Positions 9,324-19,128 of a stretch of DNA of 44,622 bases are shown piece after piece. The notes under the pieces were generated by a model, which had not been told where the DNA came from, did no database searches, and saw only the letters and a program-made list of their open reading frames with translations. Within the stretch, counting starts at the first letter, position 1. Every line of letters begins with the position of its first letter. A program made the translations under genes and the position numbers. The DNA is taken from positions 1 through 44,622 of the forward strand of contig JAHLWH010000104.1 of the NCBI GenBank assembly GCA_019058015.1. The letters are read 5' to 3'. Source of the stretch: Promethearchaeota archaeon. GTDB taxonomy: Archaea; Asgardarchaeota; Lokiarchaeia; Sigyniarchaeales; SOKP01.

Positions 9324-11402
9324 ATGACAATAGTTTCATTTTGGGGAGGTGTTGGGAAAATTGGAGGCAACAAAATTCTTATTTCTCCTGAGAATATAAA
9401 TAAAAAGTCTATTCTACTTGATTTTGGAAAAGATTTTAGTAAGGAATACCTTGATACCTTCTTAAATCCTCGAAAATTCAATCTTATTGAGGATTATATA
9501 ACTTTAGGGTTTATCCCGGAACCTAAACCAGGTACACCGTTTCATGGTCTTTATAGAGAGGATTTATATTATTTTAAGTATAAAGTAAGTGCTGCTACAA
9601 AAGTAAGAGAACTAGGAATAATTGAATCAGATAATAATAAATTTCTAAATATTCATATTCCTTGTAAAAATATTAAAGTTCTTGAGGCAAAATACTATGG
9701 AAATCCACAATTTGGCTACAATATTAGCATAGTATTCAGTATTGAGTATGGAGGGATACGAGAAAAAATAAATCTAACACAAAAACATTTAGATAAATTT
9801 ATTACATTTTTTAAAATTGATGAAGACAATTTATTTACTCTTATATCGAAAGCGGGACTTGATGGTGCGGAGGAAATTAAGGAATCATTGAATATAATTA
9901 TTAAAGCATTTGGAGATAAATTAACCAAAATAGACTGTAGTTTTTTTAATGAAAAATGGTATATTTTCAATATTTCAGGTGAAGTTAATAAACAAAAATA
10001 TGATTATAAGCAAAATTATCAGCGTAATTATGAAATTTGGAATAAAAGATTTGGTTATGATCCTATAGGTGAGCCCCAAATTAGCCATGTGTTAATAACT
10101 CACTCTCACTCTGATCATGTTTCGGACATAAAGATAATAGATCCCCGGGTGATTAATGTTAGTAGTAAAATCTCTAAGGAATTTCTCGATCATTTTAAAT
10201 TTATTCAGAGCGACACTTTTTCTGGAATTACTCAATATAAAGAAAATTTCATATTAGTTCCATACAGATCTGATGAAACAAAATTGAGGAGAGGATATAA
10301 AAAAGATATCGAAATGAAAGAGAGGAGCTTTATTACTTTAAATTCAAATGAAGAATTAACTTTGGATTATTTTTTAGGTGAAAAAAAAGTTACAGGGGCA
10401 TTTAAAATAAAATTTCATGAAGTAGATCATTCTACCTCTGGAGCTGGAGCATATTTAATTGAAGATATTGAAAATAATAAACGTATAATATATACAGGAG
10501 ATATTAGAATGCATGGCCCATCGAATCTAAAACAAAAAACATTAAATTTTATAGAGATTGGAAGAAGATTCGAGCCAGATGTTCTAATATGTGAAGGAAC
10601 TAATATTAGTAGCTCAAGAGAGAAGGGAGAGGTTGAAAGTGAGGATATATTAGAAGAGAAAATAACCAAAATAATTGAAGAAACAAATGGTTTAGTTATG
10701 TTTGCTTGTTCCTTGAGAGATTTAAGTCGAATTAATTCATTTTTTAAAGCAGCTAAAAATAATAGAAGAAAATTAGCAATTATGCCAAATACTTATAAAT
10801 TAATTGAAAGATTAAATTTCGCCCTAAAAGATAAGAAATATAACATAAAGGGAGATTATTCGAATATTCCACCTTTAGATAAGGATTTAGTTCCTTACCT
10901 CTCAAGGAAAGGTTGGGGACTATATGAGAAAGAAGATTATACATATTCTCCTGCAAGTAAAAATATGTTTGAAGAGGAAACAAAACAAGATTTTGAAATA
11001 AATAATCAAGTTAAGCTAATTATCATCGACGAAATCGCAAACAATCAAGAATTATACGTAATTTATTTACCTTTCTGGTCGCTTTTTAGTTTGATAGATT
11101 TACATCCCGTTCCAGGAAGTGTTTTCATTCATTCAAAATCGGAACCTTTTGAACCGGAAATGGAATTAGAACATGAAAAGCTAATGAACTGGTTGAAATT
11201 GGTCAAAATCGAAGAGAGAAACTTTTATCAAGTACATTGCTCCGGACATGCAAGAAAAAAAGATTTAGAATATATTATTAATCAAATTAAACCAAAAGTT
11301 GTTTTTCCAATTCACACACAATTTCCTAATTTATTTTTAACATTGAAACTAAATGATATAAAAACTATAATTCCAGAATATGGAAAAAAATATATTATAT
11401 AA
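9324..11402 (+). CDS. MBL-fold/beta-CASP ribonuclease (RNase J-like) with N-terminal insertion
   Basis: GGVGKIGGN, LLDFG, THSHSDH, VDHS, YTGDIR, CEGT, HCSGHA and FPIHT motifs. Start moved from 9285 to ATG 9324 because AGGTG lies just upstream and the family N-terminus begins there. Confidence 0.88.
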   Translation: MTIVSFWGGVGKIGGNKILISPENINKKSILLDFGKDFSKEYLDTFLNPRKFNLIEDYITLGFIPEPKPGTPFHGLYREDLYYFKYKVSAATKVRELGIIESDNNKFLNIHIPCKNIKVLEAKYYGNPQFGYNISIVFSIEYGGIREKINLTQKHLDKFITFFKIDEDNLFTLISKAGLDGAEEIKESLNIIIKAFGDKLTKIDCSFFNEKWYIFNISGEVNKQKYDYKQNYQRNYEIWNKRFGYDPIGEPQISHVLITHSHSDHVSDIKIIDPRVINVSSKISKEFLDHFKFIQSDTFSGITQYKENFILVPYRSDETKLRRGYKKDIEMKERSFITLNSNEELTLDYFLGEKKVTGAFKIKFHEVDHSTSGAGAYLIEDIENNKRIIYTGDIRMHGPSNLKQKTLNFIEIGRRFEPDVLICEGTNISSSREKGEVESEDILEEKITKIIEETNGLVMFACSLRDLSRINSFFKAAKNNRRKLAIMPNTYKLIERLNFALKDKKYNIKGDYSNIPPLDKDLVPYLSRKGWGLYEKEDYTYSPASKNMFEEETKQDFEINNQVKLIIIDEIANNQELYVIYLPFWSLFSLIDLHPVPGSVFIHSKSEPFEPEMELEHEKLMNWLKLVKIEERNFYQVHCSGHARKKDLEYIINQIKPKVVFPIHTQFPNLFLTLKLNDIKTIIPEYGKKYII

Positions 11403-11410
11403 TGAAATTT

Positions 11411-12379
11411 TTATTTCTTTTCTTTTTCGAGCGTTTCAATTTTTTCGATTTTTGCTTGGAATCTTGATAAAATAATTGTCGCAATCGTAATTGAGATTGC
11501 TCCTATAAAGAATAAGATGTAATTTTGAAAAGATTGCTGAAATATAAATAATCCTGCAATTAAAGGAACAATCAGATTTGTTGTATTTGATATAGGAAAT
11601 ACTAATACTGCTTTTCCTCTCTGTAATCCCGCTTGAACAAATGTATATCCAATTATATTAAAGATAATTAATCCCCACCAGCAAATAAATGCCCAAAGAT
11701 GGTACATTTCGAACCAAAATATTCCAAAAAAAATTTCAAAAATTCCTAATAGAGGAATTGTAAAGAATTCACCACTATTTAATGTTAATACTAAAGCACC
11801 CGAGAGTATTGAACCAATCGAAGTTATTAACCCAGCAATTATCATTATTAAAACACTTTCAACACCTTTTCCTTTATTCCTTAAAGCAATAAAAAAAAGT
11901 CCTATTGAAGTCCCAATTAATAATAAGTTAAAAAGAATTAACGACAATGCAATGTTTAAAATATCTATAAAAATATCTGAGACTTGAGCAAAAGCAATCA
12001 GAATTATACCTCCAATCATTAATGTAAATGAAATAATTTCGATATATCCAATTTTTTCATTCAACTTTTTATGAGCAAAATAAACTAATATAATTAAACC
12101 AACACTCGTTATTGGTTGTGTAACAACAATTCCCACTAAATTCTGAGAAATGAGATATGGTAAATATCCTATAATACCTAAGAAGAATCCAATTGCCCAA
12201 TCTCTATTTTTAAAAAAAGAAATAAATGATTTTACAACACTTTTTACTCCTTGATCAAAATTGATATCAGGTAATCCTTGTAAAAGTCCTTTCTTATTTA
12301 AAATAATAGAATAATTAAAACAAAAAGCTGCTATAATTGACAAAGTAATTCCTGAAAATATGGTGAAAGGGTCGATCAT
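11411..12379 (-). CDS. DMT-superfamily (NIPA/EamA-like) membrane transporter
   Basis: About 9-10 TM helices; VVTQPI, LNEKI and QAGLQRGKA..VFP patterns. Confidence 0.7.
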   Translation of the reverse strand: MIDPFTIFSGITLSIIAAFCFNYSIILNKKGLLQGLPDINFDQGVKSVVKSFISFFKNRDWAIGFFLGIIGYLPYLISQNLVGIVVTQPITSVGLIILVYFAHKKLNEKIGYIEIISFTLMIGGIILIAFAQVSDIFIDILNIALSLILFNLLLIGTSIGLFFIALRNKGKGVESVLIMIIAGLITSIGSILSGALVLTLNSGEFFTIPLLGIFEIFFGIFWFEMYHLWAFICWWGLIIFNIIGYTFVQAGLQRGKAVLVFPISNTTNLIVPLIAGLFIFQQSFQNYILFFIGAISITIATIILSRFQAKIEKIETLEKEKK

Positions 12380-12484
12380 GATAATTGATAGGGTTGGAAT
12401 GTTTAAAATATTTTATAAAAACTCTAAATGGAATAAAATTAAAAAATAGAAAATATTTTAAAATTAGCAAATAAAATATATTCA

Positions 12485-13288
12485 ATGGAAAACAGAAGCG
12501 AAGAAAATAAAGTAGTAGAACAAAAGGAAAAAACAGTAGAATTACCAGTTTTAACATATTTTGGATTAAATATGCTTAGTTTTGTAATTCCACTTTATCC
12601 GTGTATGGGGCTCTTTCTTTTATACCTCTTCATAATGAATATATTATCGGTAGATATGATATGGATGTTTTTAATTATTCCTTCGTTGTTTTTATTGCTG
12701 CTTTATATTTATATCATTTTATTAATTGAATTTGCTGCAATTTTAGTTAGGAGATGGAATAAAAAAAGTCCCCCTCAAGAAGGAGTTTTTCCAAGAATGT
12801 TTATAGATAAAGAAACTCCTGAAACTCGTATAATTAAATATTATCATTTAAGAGGATTTATAATTAAATTTCCTGTATGGCTATCTGGGAAATCTCCATT
12901 TCCTTGGTTACTCAATAGGGCTTTAAGAAGAATAGGCCATAATAAAATTGGTAAAAATGTTATAATGGAAGATGTCTTTGTGGGATTAGAATTTACTGAT
13001 ATTCAAGATAATGTTTTTATGTATCCTTCAACGGCAGTGTCGTCTCATTCGGTCAATTCAATTTTTGGCTGGCTCAATATGTTTGTAGTTAAAATCAATG
13101 AAAATTCAGTAATTTATCCAGGAAATATTTCAGGATGTGGAGCTTTAATTGATAAAAATTATGTTATTTTTCCAAATACAGTAATTCACAAGCATTGGAA
13201 AGGGAAACCGAATGAGTTCCTTTATCAAGGATCCCCCGGGAAGCCACTTACTGGAACCTATAAGGGAATAGAAGAAATAGAAAAATAA
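12485..13288 (+). CDS. Membrane-anchored left-handed beta-helix (hexapeptide) acyltransferase-like protein
   Basis: Two N-terminal TM helices, then hexapeptide-like KIGKNV, IQDNVF, KINENSVI, IDKNYVI; YQGSPGK ending. Confidence 0.65.
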   Translation: MENRSEENKVVEQKEKTVELPVLTYFGLNMLSFVIPLYPCMGLFLLYLFIMNILSVDMIWMFLIIPSLFLLLLYIYIILLIEFAAILVRRWNKKSPPQEGVFPRMFIDKETPETRIIKYYHLRGFIIKFPVWLSGKSPFPWLLNRALRRIGHNKIGKNVIMEDVFVGLEFTDIQDNVFMYPSTAVSSHSVNSIFGWLNMFVVKINENSVIYPGNISGCGALIDKNYVIFPNTVIHKHWKGKPNEFLYQGSPGKPLTGTYKGIEEIEK

Positions 13289-13318
13289 TGATTTTTTTAT
13301 TTGCTATTTCGAAATGAG

Positions 13319-13693
13319 TTAATTTGGATTAAGTTTATTTTTCACATAAGTTATTAATTGATTACCCGAAAATGGCTTGACTAAATATCCGCAAGCACCC
13401 AATTTTTTAGCTTTTTGAATATCTTCATTAAAATTTTTTATTGTAAAACAAATCACAGGAATATTTTTAAAGCGATCGTCATTTTTTAAATCTTCTAACA
13501 CAGAAAAACCAGATTTTTCTGGCATCATAATATCTAAGAGGATTAGATCAATATCATTGTATTTTTGTTCGATTATTTCTAATGCTTCTTTTCCATCATA
13601 TGAAGGTATAACTTCGAAGTCATCATCCTCGAGAATCTTTTTTGTGAGCCTTACAGTATCGCGTTCATCATCAACAACAAGTATTTTTTTCAT
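13319..13693 (-). CDS. Single-domain response regulator (REC)
   Basis: ILVVDD, DLILLDIMMP..SG and GA.GYLVKPF motifs. Confidence 0.95.
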   Translation of the reverse strand: MKKILVVDDERDTVRLTKKILEDDDFEVIPSYDGKEALEIIEQKYNDIDLILLDIMMPEKSGFSVLEDLKNDDRFKNIPVICFTIKNFNEDIQKAKKLGACGYLVKPFSGNQLITYVKNKLNPN

Positions 13694-13835
13694 AATGATC
13701 CATAAACCTGCCTAAATTTGAGTAATAAAACATAAAAAATTAATTACTTACGTTTATCTTAGAAGTATAAGATATTTAAATATATTAGAAAATCTGGTTT
13801 TCTGTCTCAGTGTTTCAATGAAATTATATATTATT

Positions 13836-14615
13836 TTAAATTTCTTTTAATAATTTAATTAGGAGTCTAGGATTATCTGTAAAAATTCCATCTACTCCCA
13901 TTTTAATATACTTTTTAAATGACATTTTTCTATTTACTGTCCATACGCTGAAGAAAATATTATTTTCATGAGCATAGTTAATCATTTCCTCATCAGCAAA
14001 AAAAAAATAAGGATGAATCGCATAAAATTTATGTCTAACTGCAAAATCAACTATTGCTTTCCGATATTTGGAGTCTAAAACCCAACCAGGCTTAGTTATT
14101 TGAAGTGATCCTGATTTTAAATTGGGATTTAATTGTTCGAATAACCCAGGTTGCGGCGAATGCAGTGAAGCTAATTTTATATCTGGATTTAAACCTTGTA
14201 ATTTAATTAATTCTTCTAATCTAAATGAACTTACAAATACTAAATCCATTAAATCATACTTTTTTAGAAGACTATATAATGGCTCAATCAATCCAAGGGA
14301 ACACATTTCTATTTGCAGCTTTGTATTTCCCCTCTTGAGATTGATGACTTCTTCCAGTGTAGGAATTTCAGCATCTATTGCTTCATTACCGCAATTTAAT
14401 TTTTTTAATTCACTGAGTGTCATATCTTTAATTAATCCATCATAACCGGTAGTTCTTTTAGTATTTTCATCGTGCATTATGACAATTTCATTATCTTTGG
14501 TTAAATGAATATCAAATTCAATATAATCAGCCCCTATTTCTACAGCTTTAGAAAAGGCAATTAAAGTATTTTCTGGAGCTTCAGAACTTGCGCCTCTATG
14601 TGCCATAACCAACAT
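13836..14615 (-). CDS. Glycerophosphodiester phosphodiesterase (GlpQ/UgpQ family)
   Basis: AHRGAS..PENT, IEFDIHLTKD..MHD, IPTLEE, VWTVN and GVDGIFTD motifs. Confidence 0.94.
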   Translation of the reverse strand: MLVMAHRGASSEAPENTLIAFSKAVEIGADYIEFDIHLTKDNEIVIMHDENTKRTTGYDGLIKDMTLSELKKLNCGNEAIDAEIPTLEEVINLKRGNTKLQIEMCSLGLIEPLYSLLKKYDLMDLVFVSSFRLEELIKLQGLNPDIKLASLHSPQPGLFEQLNPNLKSGSLQITKPGWVLDSKYRKAIVDFAVRHKFYAIHPYFFFADEEMINYAHENNIFFSVWTVNRKMSFKKYIKMGVDGIFTDNPRLLIKLLKEI

Positions 14616-14870
14616 GTTTAAAAATAAAGTAATTATTATTAAAAAATTTTTTAATTTGAAATAAAGATTGATCGTTCATTAATTTATAACGAATAACAAG
14701 TTTTATATACCGGATTTGCCATAGAAATTTTTTAGGTTATAAATTTTATGGTTAGTATTAGATAAATTTAAAAATAATTATTTATATAAAAAGCAAGTTA
14801 AATAATTTGTAAAAATAATAATTGTGGATAAAAAAAAGAATTTATAATAGAAGAAAATTGGTGGAGACAA

Positions 14871-15125
14871 GTGAAATTTTGCCCAAAGTGCAATAATATT
14901 TTGATTCCGATAAAAGGGAAAAACATTTTACTCTGTAGAGCATGTGATTATGAATATAAATTTACAAGCAAAGATGAATATAAAATAATTAAAAAAATCC
15001 AACATTCAGAGAGCGAAAAGGCTCCAATTGTCGTGGAGAAATCTGAAATGCATAAAAAAATCTCTGAAGATGATAGAAAAGCTTTTGAAGAATTCTTTGG
15101 GAAAATGGAGAATCCAACATACTAA
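14871..15125 (+). CDS. RpoM/TFS-like protein, N-terminal zinc ribbon only
   Basis: MKFCPKCNNILIP...LLCRACDY; GGTGGAG upstream of the GTG start; no C-terminal zinc ribbon. Confidence 0.75.
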   Translation: MKFCPKCNNILIPIKGKNILLCRACDYEYKFTSKDEYKIIKKIQHSESEKAPIVVEKSEMHKKISEDDRKAFEEFFGKMENPTY

Positions 15126-15281
15126 TTCGTGTCTCTAGGTTCAAGATTATTAATAGTTTATTTCTTCTTCATTTATTTAGCATAATTTTATTTCAATCTG
15201 AAATAAAAAGATTATTAAAATTATAAAATTTAATTCAAAATAATGAATATTTATTTTAATTAATTATTTTAACGATTTTAA

Positions 15282-15665
15282 ATGTCAGAAGAAAAACCTA
15301 AAAGAATGAAAGGATTTGCAGGTATTGTATGGAAGCTAGTTGAGCCCTTGAATTCCATGGAAAAATTTAAAGAAGAATTTGCAGATGTTAAAGTTAAGAT
15401 ATTAGTTAATCCTAAAGATCAAAAACGTGCTGTTCTAATAAAAATTGATAAAGGTACTATAGATGTTGAAGATGTTAAAAACGACAAAGAAACCTTGAAA
15501 AATTTAAAATATGATGGCTTATTTGAAGCCCCTTTTAATCTATTAGCTAAGGTTTTTGAGGAGGGGTTGTCTACAGGCACTTTATTGAAAAAATGGATCA
15601 CACGGAAAATAAAGTTGCGTGGATTGAAAAAATTGACAATATTTGGGAAACTTATGGCACTATAG
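15282..15665 (+). CDS. SCP2 sterol/lipid-binding domain-like protein
   Basis: 127 aa; IKIDKGTI and W.TRKIKLRG.KKL C-terminal pattern typical of the SCP2 fold. Confidence 0.65.
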   Translation: MSEEKPKRMKGFAGIVWKLVEPLNSMEKFKEEFADVKVKILVNPKDQKRAVLIKIDKGTIDVEDVKNDKETLKNLKYDGLFEAPFNLLAKVFEEGLSTGTLLKKWITRKIKLRGLKKLTIFGKLMAL

Positions 15666-15727
15666 AAATAAAATTTCAATTAATTAATATCTTTTAATAA
15701 AAATTCTTTTTATTTTTTAATTAGAAG

Positions 15728-16147
15728 TTATGTTTTAAATTTAAAAATAGACATCAAACTAATCATTTGATCACTAAGTTCCTGTTCATTTAATTTTAAA
15801 AAAGATTTTAGCATCACTTCTTTATCTTGAGAGGAAATATCTTCAAACAATTCTAAAAATTGTTGGATATAAATGTCTTTTTGGTTAGGATTATTATTAA
15901 TTTGAGAAATGATTCTTTCAAAAATTTGTTCTTTTTCAAGTTTCATTATTGTCTTACTACTAATTTGAGTAAACTCTGAAAAGAAATCATTTTTTAGAAG
16001 GATATTATTGTAGATATCTTCAATCAACGCATCCTTAGAAGGAATGTCTAATTCATCCAAAGAATCAAAAAAATCAGAATATTGACTATTGATATTCTTA
16101 ATTTTAGAAAGAATTAATTTGATTTTTTTCGAAATATTATTTTCCAT
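15728..16147 (-). CDS. Hypothetical alpha-helical protein
   Basis: 139-aa ORF with ATG start filling a gene-sized gap; no recognisable motif. Confidence 0.65.
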   Translation of the reverse strand: MENNISKKIKLILSKIKNINSQYSDFFDSLDELDIPSKDALIEDIYNNILLKNDFFSEFTQISSKTIMKLEKEQIFERIISQINNNPNQKDIYIQQFLELFEDISSQDKEVMLKSFLKLNEQELSDQMISLMSIFKFKT

Positions 16148-16258
16148 TTGCTTAGAAATATAGTATTTTTCTAATATAATTTTTACTTACTATGCAAATT
16201 ATCTATAGAAATATTTTTAAAAAAATCAAGAAAAAAGGAGAATTAAATTGGATATTTC

Positions 16259-17278
16259 CTATTTAATATAATCTAATGTTTCACCTAAGGCAAGCCTACA
16301 TAAATCACTGAGTAAGTAATTTTTCAAACCGTTTCTTTGAACTTTTGAACCTAAAGATTCTTTGCACATTGGGCAATTATATACACATGCTTCTGCTCCA
16401 TATTCCAACATATCATTAATATTTTTAGTTTGAGTTTCCCTGGTTAATTTCTTCTTGCCCAACATTAAAAAAGCACCTGCACAACATAATGCATTTTCTC
16501 TATCGTATTTTCGCGCCACTCTTTCAACCCCAATTAATTCACAAATTTTATCGATCCATTTATCGGTTTCTGGTATAAATCTATTAGAGCAATTCCGTTG
16601 ATAAGCTATTTTTATCTTGAGTTTTTTAATTTCTGTTTCATGTTCTTTTAAGTAATTATAGAGATATTCAAAAAGGTGTATTGGTTTAAATGGTACCTCT
16701 ATATTATTTCTTGGGCAATAAGATGCAAAAAAACCATAACATTCATCATGCCAGCATATAAGTTCTTTTACTCCATGCTTTTTTATGTTATCAATTATGA
16801 TGGGAGCTCTCTCTTTTATAATGGAATCTCTTGCGATATGATGATACATTAAATTACAGTAGAAATCAGTACCACTAAGATATTGTAAATTGTCAAATAA
16901 TTGTCCTTGCATTTCATTTTTACTTTGGTTTCTAAATGTACATTTACTAAATACGGGTTTGTTTGGATCAATTTCTTTAATTCTGACTTCATCATGAGGT
17001 GCAAATTGTTTAATTATTCTTTCAAGTAAAGTTGGATCAACATTTAATGAATTATATTTTTCTTGCAATTCCACAATCCTATCAAATGGTCTCGCATTTA
17101 ATTCACAGTATTCTTGACATGCAAAACACGTTACACATTCACTTAAAATACGTGAATTTTCTCCATTAACCATTTTCATAATCTCAACTTTTGCATCTTC
17201 CTTACTTATATCAATAAATTGACACTTCATTAAACAACTCTGTGTATTACAACTTTTACATTTATCTCCTTCTAACAT
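16259..17278 (-). CDS. CCG-domain Fe-S oxidoreductase (HdrD/GlpC-like)
   Basis: N-terminal ferredoxin-type Cys clusters (CKSC..CLMKC, CVTCFACQEYC); ALCCAG and CVYNCPMC motifs. Confidence 0.85.
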   Translation of the reverse strand: MLEGDKCKSCNTQSCLMKCQFIDISKEDAKVEIMKMVNGENSRILSECVTCFACQEYCELNARPFDRIVELQEKYNSLNVDPTLLERIIKQFAPHDEVRIKEIDPNKPVFSKCTFRNQSKNEMQGQLFDNLQYLSGTDFYCNLMYHHIARDSIIKERAPIIIDNIKKHGVKELICWHDECYGFFASYCPRNNIEVPFKPIHLFEYLYNYLKEHETEIKKLKIKIAYQRNCSNRFIPETDKWIDKICELIGVERVARKYDRENALCCAGAFLMLGKKKLTRETQTKNINDMLEYGAEACVYNCPMCKESLGSKVQRNGLKNYLLSDLCRLALGETLDYIK

Positions 17279-17469
17279 TTCCTAAATCACGCTACATTTC
17301 AATTTTTATAATTTTTATTTTGAATTTTTATGAATTTTAATTAATTTTAATTTAACTTAACTATTATTTAATAATTTGTACATTATATTAACTAAAAATA
17401 AATATAAATTAAAGGTAATAAGCAAAAATAATAAATAGTAATTATATTATTATCCTTTTGTGATTTATT

Positions 17470-18324
17470 ATGAGTCTAAAAAATCCATTTACCGGTTTTA
17501 AAATTCGAATGGAAAAAATGCTATTTAAAGGAGAATTAGGAGAAAAAGCTTTATTTCTTGCAGTCGATCAAGGGTTTGAACATCGCTCAGATTTTACCAT
17601 TCCAGAAGCGGCAAACCCGGATTATGTCATGACAGTTGCAGATAAAGCTGGAATCCCACTCATCTTACATAAAGGATTATATATTAGATATGCTGATCGT
17701 CATCCAAATCTCCCAATGGTAATAAAAATTAATGGAAAAACTGAATTATATAGTGATAATCGTGCTCCAAGAGGAGGTCTTGATTGTTCTGTTGATGAAG
17801 CTTTAGCTTTATGTCCAACATTATGTGCTGTTGGATATAGTCTTTATGTTGGAGGACAGGATGAGACGTCCCAATTAACTGAACTTGCAGATATCATAAG
17901 AGAGGCAAGAATTTTTCAGGTTCCAGTAATTGTGTGGGCTTATATAAGACAACATCCCCGCAAGAAAGATGAGGAAGGTTATTGGGAAAATGTAAGATAT
18001 GGTGCAAGAGTTGCGTTTGAGCTTGGTGCAGATATGGTAAAACTTTATTATCCGGGAGGAGAGGATGGTCTTAAAAAGTTGAAAGAATATGCTCAAGGAA
18101 TTTATTGTTTAATTGCAGGGGGGGCAAAATTGGATACTGTTGAACAGGCATATAAAACTGCAAGTGAAATTATTCATATTCTGGATGGAATGGCAATAGG
18201 TAGAAATATATTTCAAGATTCCAAACCAATAAACAAAGCTCTGGGATATAAAGCCATTTTTAAAGGAAAATCAGTAGAAGAAGCTCTCAGAATATATAAT
18301 TCAGATAAAATTCCTGTTCTTTAA
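17470..18324 (+). CDS. Class I (DhnA-type) fructose-bisphosphate aldolase family protein
   Basis: AVDQGFEH, VIKING, VWAY, ELGADMVK (Schiff-base Lys), AGGAK and AIGRNIFQ motifs. Confidence 0.88.
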   Translation: MSLKNPFTGFKIRMEKMLFKGELGEKALFLAVDQGFEHRSDFTIPEAANPDYVMTVADKAGIPLILHKGLYIRYADRHPNLPMVIKINGKTELYSDNRAPRGGLDCSVDEALALCPTLCAVGYSLYVGGQDETSQLTELADIIREARIFQVPVIVWAYIRQHPRKKDEEGYWENVRYGARVAFELGADMVKLYYPGGEDGLKKLKEYAQGIYCLIAGGAKLDTVEQAYKTASEIIHILDGMAIGRNIFQDSKPINKALGYKAIFKGKSVEEALRIYNSDKIPVL

Positions 18325-18505
18325 TAAAATTAATTATTAATTTTTCTTTTTAATCTTTTAAGCAAATTTCGCTTCATTATTTATTTACCTAATTTTTCTC
18401 AAAATAAATAATTCCAAATCCTAATAGAATTATTGAAGATATAAAAATAAAAAAAAATCAAAATAACGATTATTGAAATATTAAATAGTTTCCATAAAAG
18501 AATTA

Positions 18506-18913
18506 CTATTGAGCAGTTTGTTCTTTTTCAATTTCTTTAATTTGAGAATAAAGTTCCTTTATTTTGGTATTTAGATATTTTATTTTCGCTTTTTTATCAA
18601 CTTGAATTTCTTTACTTTTTTCTTTTAATGCAGTGGCTTTTTCTCTTTCATTCGTTTTTATATCATTAGATAATTTTTTAACATTTTCTTTAGCATTTCC
18701 AAGTTTAGTTTTTACCTCATCTAAATGTTTTTGAGTATTTTTAATCTCTTCTTGTGCTATACTTAGTTGTCCCTTTAATTCTGAGATTATTGGATCAAAA
18801 GTAGAATTAATTTCAGACTCTGCAGCTGTAGTTTTGGTTAATGCCTCAGCTTCAACCTTACCTTTCTCACTTTCTCTTTCTGCTATTTTGTTTCTTAACT
18901 CCTCAATTGACAT
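18506..18913 (-). CDS. Coiled-coil hypothetical protein
   Basis: K/E-rich heptad pattern throughout. Confidence 0.7.
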   Translation of the reverse strand: MSIEELRNKIAERESEKGKVEAEALTKTTAAESEINSTFDPIISELKGQLSIAQEEIKNTQKHLDEVKTKLGNAKENVKKLSNDIKTNEREKATALKEKSKEIQVDKKAKIKYLNTKIKELYSQIKEIEKEQTAQ

Positions 18914-19128
18914 AGGATTATAGCCTGCATTTTTAATTTTAATATTACATTTTATGATTTATTTTAAAATGTTATGATAAGGAATTTATTGAATAATTTA
19001 TATAAAATTATTTTGATTTAGGAGTATTCATTTATCACTTTATTTAAAAAAAAATTCGGAAAAAAAGCATTTTATATATAAAAAATAAGATAGAAAATAA
19101 AGAATATAATTTTAGGAAGATCATTCCT

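Noticed and set aside
9580-10020. Intein in the RNase J-like gene
   Set aside because: No C/S-start and HN-C/S/T splice junction or LAGLIDADG motif was seen.
18506-18913. Coiled-coil protein as an ESCRT-III, SNARE or prefoldin homologue
   Set aside because: Only generic heptad composition; no diagnostic motif visible without a profile search.
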